Source: an uncultured archaeon | GTDB lineage: Archaea > Asgardarchaeota > Lokiarchaeia > Sigyniarchaeales > SOKP01 | Length of the DNA: 29,296 nucleotides | Direction of reading: 5' to 3' | Assembly: GCA_964447495.1 (NCBI GenBank) | Contig: CAYUTF010000031.1 | Location: 2,397 to 31,692 of the forward strand | Shown here: in pieces, positions 1 through 8,660 of the stretch | How positions within the stretch are numbered: position 1 is the stretch's first letter | How the letters are laid out: each line of letters begins with the position of its first letter | Notes under the pieces: model-generated | The model's database searches: none | What the model saw: the letters and a program-made list of their open reading frames with translations, nothing else | What the model was told of the DNA's origin: nothing | Program-made: the position numbers and the translations under genes

Positions 1-407
1 TGACAATGAGTCATAACAACAAATTGTTTACTATTTTCTGGTTCTGGAAATCTCCTTGCCCCAATCTCAGCAATTTTTTTTTTAGCGGTATTAACCATTT
101 CTTTATATTCCTCTTTACAATCTGAGATTATGTCTAAAATTTTATTGATTTTTAGACCCTCTTTTTGCTTTTCTAATCGATTCATAATAAAATTAAGACC
201 GTTTCTCATTGCTGGCTCAGTATCACGAGTTTGAAATAATATATCCCTTGCTTCATATAATCTATTAATAATTTCATCTATCTTTAAATCTTTATTGATT
301 CTATTCGCATATTCGCATAAAAAATTAATTGCGCTTATTGCAACATTTGTAGCGCCTTGAATTTCTAATGATTTTATTTTTCTTGAATCATTTAACAATT
401 GTTCCAT
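1..407 (-). CDS. Ribose-1,5-bisphosphate isomerase / eIF-2B alpha-beta-delta family protein (partial, runs off the window start)
   Basis: Not in the ORF track. Manual translation from ATG at 407: MEQLLNDSRKIKSLEIQGATNVAISAINFL...QTRDTEPAMRNGL...IAEIGARR...VMTHC. The I(Q/R)GA, TRxTEP and THC(HS) motifs are typical of this family. An alternative in-frame GTG lies at 416. Confidence 0.85.
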   Translation of the reverse strand, partial: MEQLLNDSRKIKSLEIQGATNVAISAINFLCEYANRINKDLKIDEIINRLYEARDILFQTRDTEPAMRNGLNFIMNRLEKQKEGLKINKILDIISDCKEEYKEMVNTAKKKIAEIGARRFPEPENSKQFVVMTHC

Positions 408-455
408 ACTAATCACTTACTTCAATTTATTTTTGGTTATAAACATTCAAAGAAA

Positions 456-674
456 TTATATTTGATGAGTGCTTGAATTTTTATCTTCATTCTGACCATT
501 GAATATCCCTTCTTTAATCTTCTCAAATTCATCAGCATCTACTTCAATATAAAAAGCACCAATATAATTGCAATTGGTACATTCAAGTAGGTTTGGAGCC
601 AACCATCCACTAACATTCATAGCGGGTTTTAATTTTGCTTGCTTACATTTCGGGCAGAGTTTCACTGATCTCAT
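456..674 (-). CDS. Small zinc-ribbon protein
   Basis: 72 aa with CPKC and CTNC pairs; co-directional with and just upstream of the isomerase gene. Confidence 0.7.
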   Translation of the reverse strand: MRSVKLCPKCKQAKLKPAMNVSGWLAPNLLECTNCNYIGAFYIEVDADEFEKIKEGIFNGQNEDKNSSTHQI

Positions 675-865
675 AATTCTTTTTATATACTACTTTTTTT
701 TAGTTTATTCAAATATTTGAGATTGATTTATTAACTTTTATTTAATCACTATAACAATTAAATATTTATCTCTTTCATAATAAATGTAATCTAGACTATT
801 CTATTATTAGGTTTTATTCAATTTTTGACTAAAATTAAACGTTATTTTCTAAACTTGTAAGGTAG

Positions 866-2704
866 ATGTCAGATTTAGAGTTTCAAAGGAAAAGTTTGCC
901 AAATGAGCCAGGCGTTTATTTATTTATTGATAGTGACAACAAAATCATTTACATTGGAAAAGCTAAGAATCTTCGGAAGCGAGTAAATCAGTACTTCTTG
1001 AAAACAAGCTATAATGATCCCTTTTATGAAGAGAAAATACGAGAACTAGTTAATAATATTGTACGGTTAGAATTCATCGTTACAGAAAATGAGAAAGAAG
1101 CATCGATTCTTGAAAACATACAAATCAAAAAACACCAACCTCGATTCAATGTAATTATGCGAGATTCTAAGACTTATCCCTGGGTTGCCATATTTTATTC
1201 CGAAGAATATCCTCGTATTAGGGTGATCCGCGATCCAGAAAAATATTCCAGAGATAATTTGTTTCTTGGCCCCTATACAGACAAAAAAGAAATTATCAGA
1301 ATCTTACGAGATTTAAGGAAATTATTTCCCTATTGTTCATGTAAAAAGAAAGTTAAACAGAAGACAAGACCTTGCTTATACTATCAATTAAAACTTTGTC
1401 CAGGCCCTTGTATTGGAGCTATCAGCAATGATGATTATATTGAAAATATTAAAAAAATAGAACTCTTTTTGAAAGGCGAAACTACGCAATTGAAACATCA
1501 AATTAAGAATAAAATGGCAAATGCTGCAAACACTTTAGACTTTGAAGTTGCTGCGTTCTGGAGAGATAAGTTACAAGCAATAGAGCACTCTATATCAACT
1601 CAGAATGTTTTATTAGATACAGGTGAAAATAAAGATATTATCGGCTATTATAATGATAAAAATCAAAGATACCTTGCAATTATTATAATTCATATTCGAG
1701 AAGGAAGAATTTCTAACAGAAGTTCTTTTGTCATTACTTTAAAAGGAAAAATCTATCTAAAAAGTGAGACCTTATCTTCTATAATTCAACAGTTTTATCA
1801 AAATATGAAACAAAATTTACCCGATACCATCATTTTACCAGAAATATTTGAAGAAATCGAAGTTGTATCGCAAATTCTTAAAGAGTCTAATCCAGTTATC
1901 CGCATAAGAACGCCGCTAGAAATTGAATCCGGATTATTAAGAATCGCAAATAAAAATGCAAAAGTAATGGTGAATCAAACAATTGAAATGGATGAGATTA
2001 AAAAGAAAAGTGAGGATAAGTTAAGGATTGCATTGGAGGAAGCAAAGACATTACTAAATCTCCCTAATGTCCCACGAATAATCGAAGGTTTTGATATTTC
2101 AAATATTGAAGGAAAAGACGCAACGGGGTCAATGGTATATTTCCTTGAGGGAAAACCTTATAATAAATATTACAGACATTTTAAAATCCGTTCTAAAGCA
2201 TCGCCTGATGATGTAGCCATGATGAAGGAAGTGATAAAAAGGCGTTATTCAATGCTCTTAGAAAAAAATTATGAACTTCCAGATCTAATCCTCGTAGACG
2301 GAGGTAAAGGGCAACTTAATGCAGGAATTTCAGTGTTAAGAGAACTAGGTCTTGATGGGATACCAATTTTTGGTTTAGCGAAAAAATTTGAAGAAATATA
2401 TATACCAAACCAAAAAGAACCAATTGTTTTACCTAATAATTCTCCCTTATTAGAGTTATTTCAGAGAGTTAGAGATGAGGCTCATCGTTTTGCTGTTAAA
2501 TTACATAAAAAGCAAAGATTGAAAAGAATTACAGGTTCAGTTTTAGATAACATAAAAGGTATAGGACCTGTTTATAGAAATAAATTGCTAACTCATTTTG
2601 GAAGTGTAGCAAATATTAAAAAAGCTTCCCTAGAAGAAATTTCTCAGGTGGTTGGACCTAGTGTCGCTCAAACCATTATTAAAGAATTAAATAAGTTAAT
2701 TTAA
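866..2704 (+). CDS. uvrC: Excinuclease ABC subunit C
   Basis: N-terminal GIY-YIG (PGVYLF..IIYIGKAKNLRKRV), Cys cluster (CSC, PCLYYQLKLCPGPC), UVR coiled coil, RNase H-like domain (IEGFDIS, PDLILVDGGKGQ, RDEAHRFA) and C-terminal HhH (IKGIG). Confidence 0.97.
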   Translation: MSDLEFQRKSLPNEPGVYLFIDSDNKIIYIGKAKNLRKRVNQYFLKTSYNDPFYEEKIRELVNNIVRLEFIVTENEKEASILENIQIKKHQPRFNVIMRDSKTYPWVAIFYSEEYPRIRVIRDPEKYSRDNLFLGPYTDKKEIIRILRDLRKLFPYCSCKKKVKQKTRPCLYYQLKLCPGPCIGAISNDDYIENIKKIELFLKGETTQLKHQIKNKMANAANTLDFEVAAFWRDKLQAIEHSISTQNVLLDTGENKDIIGYYNDKNQRYLAIIIIHIREGRISNRSSFVITLKGKIYLKSETLSSIIQQFYQNMKQNLPDTIILPEIFEEIEVVSQILKESNPVIRIRTPLEIESGLLRIANKNAKVMVNQTIEMDEIKKKSEDKLRIALEEAKTLLNLPNVPRIIEGFDISNIEGKDATGSMVYFLEGKPYNKYYRHFKIRSKASPDDVAMMKEVIKRRYSMLLEKNYELPDLILVDGGKGQLNAGISVLRELGLDGIPIFGLAKKFEEIYIPNQKEPIVLPNNSPLLELFQRVRDEAHRFAVKLHKKQRLKRITGSVLDNIKGIGPVYRNKLLTHFGSVANIKKASLEEISQVVGPSVAQTIIKELNKLI

Positions 2705-2730
2705 AAAAAAGGAGTTAATATTTCTTCTGG

Positions 2731-3981
2731 TTAAAGAAATTCATGTTTTACTCTTGTAAATATCGCAGCAATTAGTACAATTAATCCTAATATGATAAAA
2801 GTTGCACTTAAATTAATCATTACTAAATTTCCAATTAATGGGTAGCATATCGTTCTCGTTAAGCTTGTGATCATGTTAATAGTGCTTATAACTGTTGCTC
2901 TGTTTCTAGATTCTATTTGTTTGTTTATTCCATGTACGAAAATAATATTTCGTGTGAAGCCAAATCCGATAACTATCAGAATTAAAGCTATACTAACTGG
3001 AGTAAAGTGTATTACCGCCATAAATATAAAGCCTAAACCTGGAATGAAAGTATAAATTTGTAGGAATCTGCGTTTATTTTTAAATCGGTTTTTAATGTTA
3101 TTAACGATGTTTGCGAAAAAAAGTTGCATCATAGTCATGGAAGCAGATACAAATCCAAAGAATTCTAATGGAAAAAACAGTTTTTCAAGATACACCTGAT
3201 ATGTCCATATTAAGAAAAATATCATTGATTCAGTTATTATGAGATCAAGAGCTAATATCCTTAGAATTTTGTTATTTTTTAACTCTTTAAATCCTGTTTT
3301 TATGATATATAGATATTTTTCTGATTGCGAATTTTTTTCCTCATTCAGTGGTTCTTTTAAGGTAATTGATATCATCGTCGCTAAAATGAATGGTATAAAC
3401 ATAAATGTCATCACTAAATTTAAAGAAAGGACACTTCCAATTAGACTTCCTAGTGGTGCAGACAATGTTATTCCTAATAACATATAACTCCTATTTCGTG
3501 CTACAACTTTTGAAAGTTCGCCACTTTTGTCCATTTTCTTTAAAGTATCATATAAAAACGCTTGATCTGTACCTGATATTAAAGAATTTCCCAATGCAAA
3601 GAGAGTTTCTCCTATCATAAACACAAAGATATTTGAATAACTCCCATAGACTAGTACAGCCATTGCTGTCGTTAGCGCTCCCAAAATTAGTGAAAACCTT
3701 CTACTGATATAGTCTGCTATTGCTCCGCAAGGAATCTCTAATACTAATATCATTAAGGTAAAATAACTTTGAAGCAGCATGATTTCAACAAACGTTAATT
3801 TACCCCATGTAAGAAAAAACGGTAAAAGAACTCCCGATATCATATGAAAACCCATGAAAAAATTAAATAAATATGATTTCCATATATTTAGTTTCCAATT
3901 GACTTTCAAACCTTTTTCCTCTATTGGAGATTGAATTATTCTTTCTCCAGTATATTTCTCTAATTCTGACATATTTTTCAT
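2731..3981 (-). CDS. MFS transporter
   Basis: About 12 hydrophobic segments; motif-A-like EIPCGAIADYISRR; SGTDQAFLYD; RNRATVIS. Confidence 0.9.
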   Translation of the reverse strand: MKNMSELEKYTGERIIQSPIEEKGLKVNWKLNIWKSYLFNFFMGFHMISGVLLPFFLTWGKLTFVEIMLLQSYFTLMILVLEIPCGAIADYISRRFSLILGALTTAMAVLVYGSYSNIFVFMIGETLFALGNSLISGTDQAFLYDTLKKMDKSGELSKVVARNRSYMLLGITLSAPLGSLIGSVLSLNLVMTFMFIPFILATMISITLKEPLNEEKNSQSEKYLYIIKTGFKELKNNKILRILALDLIITESMIFFLIWTYQVYLEKLFFPLEFFGFVSASMTMMQLFFANIVNNIKNRFKNKRRFLQIYTFIPGLGFIFMAVIHFTPVSIALILIVIGFGFTRNIIFVHGINKQIESRNRATVISTINMITSLTRTICYPLIGNLVMINLSATFIILGLIVLIAAIFTRVKHEFL

Positions 3982-4202
3982 CTAATATTTTTAATTTCTA
4001 TCAATTTGCTTTATTAAACATAGATTATGGTTTCGAATTAATGGATTGAAGGTATTAAAAAGATACAAAAGCTTAAAGGTAAAGATCTGTTTAAACAAGA
4101 AGATAAAAGAGGTATGCGAAGTTAAGAAGAGGGTTAGTGTATTATTGCATTTATAAATTCAATGTTATTGGGATTTTTACAATATAACCAATAAACATCG
4201 AA

Positions 4203-4294
4203 GTTATGGTATTTGGTTGAATAGCAGATGGACTATGAACCAATATATCATTCATACAAAAATCCATCCATCTATTGCTTTTAACTACCATAAC
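4203..4294. promoter_or_regulatory. Long interrupted hairpin upstream of the MFS gene
   Basis: Nested complementary blocks: GTTATGGTA/TACCATAAC, GTTGAA/TTTAAC (one G-U), AGCA/TGCT, GATGGA/TCCATC, TATGAA/TTCATA. Confidence 0.45.
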
Positions 4295-4496
4295 ATTATC
4301 AACAAATATGTTTAATATAATTCTATATTACAGTTTAATTTATAAATCTAGTGTTTGTAATTGCCATGGAAATGAAATAGATGGGAAATAAATGGGAAAA
4401 CTATAACATTAATTTCAGTAGATCAAAAAATAGGAATGCAATAGAGATATTAAAATTACTAATTTTTCTATTAAAATTTAAACGGTATTGTGTTAA

Positions 4497-5936
4497 TTAT
4501 AATCTTGAAATTACATACTTAATTAATTCTGCTGTTGCTTCACAATACAATCTGGCTAAAGAATCAATTTTTGCTTCACTAATTACTCTAATTATTGGTT
4601 CTGTATTTGATGGATGAATTAATACAAACCATTCTTTTCCTTCTCCAAATCTGAGATCATTGTTGACATGATTGATCTCTTCACCCTCTTCAATCAACTC
4701 TTTCATCGTTTCACTAATTATATCCTTAAAATCTCGATTTTCAATAGGTATTACACTTCTATATGAATGATATTTAGGTAATTGCTTCACTAATTCTGAA
4801 ATTTTTTGATTAGTATCAACTAATATCTCGATTATCATAGCTATGGCGAGTGTAGCATCTCTTGTTGGGTTAAAGTCTGGAAAGATGAGCCCTCCGCAGG
4901 ATCCCTCGCCTCCAAGTATTAAGCAGTTCTTAGCACTGTCTCCTTTTTCATTCATTAAAATTGATATTTTTTCGACTAAAAATTTTTCTCCAATCGGAGT
5001 TCGTATGAGTTTTGCTCCGTATCTCTCTGCAAGAACTTCAAACATAAGAGATGAGGCCAAATTAGTAATGAATATTATTTCATCAAAGTCTTTAGCATAT
5101 TTATTCAAAAAATACTCAGTTATAAGGGCTAAACCTACATCCTCAGGGTAGCATATACCATTCTCTCCAATAATAGCCAGCCTATCCGCATCACTATCAT
5201 GAGCAAATCCCACATCATATTTACCTTGCCACACTTCCATAATTAAATCTGTTAAATTACTCTTTACCGGTTCTATGGCTCGTGGGAATGCATTATTAAC
5301 ATATAAGTCATTATTAATAACCTTAACCTCACATCCTAGTTCCCTTAGAAGTTGGGGGGTTGCATATTTTCCTGCACCTGCTCCTGTATCAACTACCACT
5401 CTCAAATGATTTTTTTTCCTTATTTTCACATAATCAATTTGTCGATATAAATCGTTTAGGTATTCTGGAATTGGATTTAGATATTGGATTTTTTGAATAA
5501 TATTATCTTTTATAGCGGGATAGGAATCTAAACTGATAATTTTTAATCTTTCTGCTATTTCAGATAAATCCTCATTTCCTAAGAAAGTATTTTTAGAAAT
5601 AAGCTTAATTCCATTCCATTCTTCAGTGTTATGAGAACCAGTTATTATTATTCCTGCCGGAATATTTAATTTATTTTTTGTATGAATTATAATAGGGGTT
5701 GGACAAACTCCAACGTTGATTATTTTAAAGTTTTTTAACAATAAACCCTCGATTATTCCCTTTTCTAATATCGTGCTGCTAGGTCTTGTATCCTTACCAA
5801 TGATAATTTCTCTATTTGAATAAGGATACCATTCACCAAAAGCGATTCCAAGCTTCTTAGCAACTTTGAAATTTAATCCTTTATTGATTAATCCGCGTAT
5901 TCCACTAAAAGTAAAGATTAAATTGTTTTGAATCAT
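4497..5936 (-). CDS. Phosphohexomutase (phosphoglucomutase / phosphomannomutase / phosphoglucosamine mutase family)
   Basis: SGIRG N-terminus, GKDTR, catalytic TGSHN, metal loop DSDADR, sugar loop GGEGS, C-terminal PSNTEP..R. Confidence 0.93.
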   Translation of the reverse strand: MIQNNLIFTFSGIRGLINKGLNFKVAKKLGIAFGEWYPYSNREIIIGKDTRPSSTILEKGIIEGLLLKNFKIINVGVCPTPIIIHTKNKLNIPAGIIITGSHNTEEWNGIKLISKNTFLGNEDLSEIAERLKIISLDSYPAIKDNIIQKIQYLNPIPEYLNDLYRQIDYVKIRKKNHLRVVVDTGAGAGKYATPQLLRELGCEVKVINNDLYVNNAFPRAIEPVKSNLTDLIMEVWQGKYDVGFAHDSDADRLAIIGENGICYPEDVGLALITEYFLNKYAKDFDEIIFITNLASSLMFEVLAERYGAKLIRTPIGEKFLVEKISILMNEKGDSAKNCLILGGEGSCGGLIFPDFNPTRDATLAIAMIIEILVDTNQKISELVKQLPKYHSYRSVIPIENRDFKDIISETMKELIEEGEEINHVNNDLRFGEGKEWFVLIHPSNTEPIIRVISEAKIDSLARLYCEATAELIKYVISRL

Positions 5937-5956
5937 AGCATTTCCTATAAATTTTT

Positions 5957-6970
5957 TTAAGGAATAATGGGATTTCCTTCTAATTTATACTTAACTAAGA
6001 CTAATGCACCTCTTAAACCAATATCATCTAAATACTTCGTAACCTTAATTTTTGGTGGGTGATTTATAGTATATTGAATCGGATCGGTCTCAAATTGTCG
6101 TTTTAATTCAGGGATGATTAGTTCATGGTCATGCATAATAGCACCTCCAAAATATATTGTTGAAGAATCATAGAAATTATTAACAAGCCCAACTCCAATT
6201 TTAGAATAAAAAATACTCATATTAATGATACTTTTTGAAAATTTATCTCCTCCCTTAGCTGCTTGAAATATATGTTTAGTAGTAATCTTTTCAATATCAT
6301 TATCAATCATAATCATTAAAATTCTAGAACTTAATTTCGTATCCTTTATACGTTCTAAGGCTCTATTTCTAATTCCCGTACCTGAACTATAGACTTCCCA
6401 ACACCCATGAGCCCCACAATTACATTGAATTATGCTATTAGGATCAACAACTCCATGCCCTATTTCAGCAGCATTTCCATCCTTCCCGAGTAAAAGTCTA
6501 CTGTTGCAAATAACGCCTCCTCCAATCCCAGTTGACATAGTAATATATACAAGATTGTTTTTTTCATCATCACCTGCTTCGAAATAATGTATTCCTAAAA
6601 CAGAAGCATTACAATCATTTATCATATAAATTGGAATTCCTGGAAATTTATCTTCAAGAGGAGCTTTTAAGGGAATTATTTTAAAACCTAAATTAGCATT
6701 ATTAAAAATTTCTCCTTTCTCCATATCTATTGGACCAGCTGAAGCTAATCCTATTCCAATAATTTGATTTTCATTGACGTTATTATCATATAGAAGTTCT
6801 GTAATTATTAATATTAATGTATTGACTATTGAATACTCATGTTCCTTCGGGGTCTTTACTACTTTAAAAATCATATTTGTTTCATCTAAATCCTCAGTAC
6901 ATAACACAACCCGAATCCACGTTCCACCAATATCGATTCCAATAATATAATTTAGTATTTTTATCACCAC
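5957..6970 (-). CDS. ROK family sugar kinase (glucokinase-like)
   Basis: IGIDIGGT, NDCNA, STGIGGG, EIGH and Zn motif CNCGAHGCWE; no N-terminal HTH. Confidence 0.93.
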   Translation of the reverse strand: MVIKILNYIIGIDIGGTWIRVVLCTEDLDETNMIFKVVKTPKEHEYSIVNTLILIITELLYDNNVNENQIIGIGLASAGPIDMEKGEIFNNANLGFKIIPLKAPLEDKFPGIPIYMINDCNASVLGIHYFEAGDDEKNNLVYITMSTGIGGGVICNSRLLLGKDGNAAEIGHGVVDPNSIIQCNCGAHGCWEVYSSGTGIRNRALERIKDTKLSSRILMIMIDNDIEKITTKHIFQAAKGGDKFSKSIINMSIFYSKIGVGLVNNFYDSSTIYFGGAIMHDHELIIPELKRQFETDPIQYTINHPPKIKVTKYLDDIGLRGALVLVKYKLEGNPIIP

Positions 6971-7001
6971 CTTAGATTATATAAGAATATAGAATTAATT
7001 C

Positions 7002-7793
7002 TTAATAATAATTTATTTCCATAGAATCATTATTAATAATCTCTTTTAAAGTCTTAACAATCTTTTTTTTTTGTTCATTAATAATTGCATAAACATAATA
7101 TTCTGAAGGAATTCTTGCAATAGAATATATCTGAACGATATCGGGGTTTATTTTTTTAAGAGCATGCGCTAATTGAATTATATTTTCTTCATTATTATTC
7201 GAATTAAAATCTTTTCGGTATGAATTATAAATCAAACATTGTATCACTAATTTGTTATTTTTCATCAAACCACTTAACTCACTTAATGAATCGATAATGA
7301 TCTGAATGTTTGGTACATCTTCATTTGGTCTATTAGTCCTTATAAAGTCATCCATAGTACCTACATCTAATTTTGCTAATACATAATCAAAATTCTTTAT
7401 TCTCTCTCTTATTTCTGCTAAAAAGATGGTACTTGAATTTGTAAAGAGTGTTATTAAAGGAACTTTATCAAACCATTTAATCTCTGAACGAACTTCAGAA
7501 GTAATGTTATAGAATTCTAACAAGTTTTTATTAAGTGTGGGCTCTCCATTGTAGCCAAAAGTAATTGAGTTTAAATTGGGGAATAAACTCATCATTTCTT
7601 TTATTTCTTTCCGAAAATGTTGAGATGGGGGATTCTCTATTCTAAAAGTTGGTGATACTAACCGTAAAGTGGGTCCAATTTCACAATAAACACAATCATA
7701 GGTACAAAGTTTTTCTCGTGGTAATACATCTACTCCTAATGATAAACCCAGTCTTCTCGACTGAAATGGTCCATATGTATATCTTCTCGGCAT
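7002..7793 (-). CDS. Radical SAM protein of unknown function
   Basis: YGPFQSRRLGLSLGV followed by CxxxCxxC (CTYDCVYC), GEPTL and TNSS. Confidence 0.88.
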   Translation of the reverse strand: MPRRYTYGPFQSRRLGLSLGVDVLPREKLCTYDCVYCEIGPTLRLVSPTFRIENPPSQHFRKEIKEMMSLFPNLNSITFGYNGEPTLNKNLLEFYNITSEVRSEIKWFDKVPLITLFTNSSTIFLAEIRERIKNFDYVLAKLDVGTMDDFIRTNRPNEDVPNIQIIIDSLSELSGLMKNNKLVIQCLIYNSYRKDFNSNNNEENIIQLAHALKKINPDIVQIYSIARIPSEYYVYAIINEQKKKIVKTLKEIINNDSMEINYY

Positions 7794-7802
7794 AATAACA
7801 GT

Positions 7803-8564
7803 TTAATTTAATTCTTGAGTAAAATTTATTATGGAATTATTAACTTTTTCATATTTTTCTAACATTACCATATGACCTGCTTCTTCAATTAACACCAGTT
7901 CAGAGTTTAGAATTTTGTCATGAAAGTATTTTGAATACTTTATCGGAGTTAATTTATCCTCTGTACCGCAAATAATTAAGCAAGGAGCTTTGATTAATTT
8001 TATCTTTTCGAACATATCAAATGAATCACAGATTTTAAAGTCAAAGTAAGTAACTTCAGAACCAATTAATGATGATTGGTTTTTGTACTTATCTACTATT
8101 AATTTTGAAGTCTTATCATAAAAAGCGGCAGATTTTAGAGATTCTAAATAAAACTCATAATCCTTTTTAAGAGATTCTAATATTGCTGGACTTACTCTAA
8201 GTTTTGCTCCAGTACTCATGAGGATTAATGCATTTATTACTTCTGGATACATAAAATAATAGGATTGAATAATAACACCCCCCAAAGAATGACCACATAA
8301 AACTAACGTTTCATACTTTAATGAGTCTATAAGATTTTTTAAAACATCAACATACAAATTCAACGAAAGATTTTCAAATTTATCTGATTTACCATGAGAC
8401 GGTAAATCCAAGGCAATAATACAATAATTATTGTCAATCTCTAATTGGTTCTTCCAAGTGCTAGAATCTCCCCCCGATCCATGAATGAAAATCATTACTT
8501 TTTTAGACTTTACATTTTTAATTTCATAAAAGATTTTCTTTCCATTATACTTTAAAAAAGCCAT
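7803..8564 (-). CDS. Alpha/beta fold hydrolase
   Basis: FIHGSG, DLPSHG, nucleophile GHSLG, GTEDKLTP, catalytic His in AGHM. Confidence 0.92.
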   Translation of the reverse strand: MAFLKYNGKKIFYEIKNVKSKKVMIFIHGSGGDSSTWKNQLEIDNNYCIIALDLPSHGKSDKFENLSLNLYVDVLKNLIDSLKYETLVLCGHSLGGVIIQSYYFMYPEVINALILMSTGAKLRVSPAILESLKKDYEFYLESLKSAAFYDKTSKLIVDKYKNQSSLIGSEVTYFDFKICDSFDMFEKIKLIKAPCLIICGTEDKLTPIKYSKYFHDKILNSELVLIEEAGHMVMLEKYEKVNNSIINFTQELN

Positions 8565-8660
8565 ACTCTTCTACCATAACATAATTCTATAATTAGAAAA
8601 GAAAAATAAAATAAAGATTTTATTTAAACGCGATATCAATATTAAATTCATGACATATTG

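Noticed and set aside
866-2704. Bacterial-type uvrC in an archaeon as a novelty
   Set aside because: UvrABC is already known from many mesophilic archaea.
2867-5151. Short + strand ORFs 2867-3055, 3239-3487, 3405-3620, 4381-4617 and 4843-5151
   Set aside because: Antisense shadows of the MFS and phosphohexomutase genes with no recognisable motifs.
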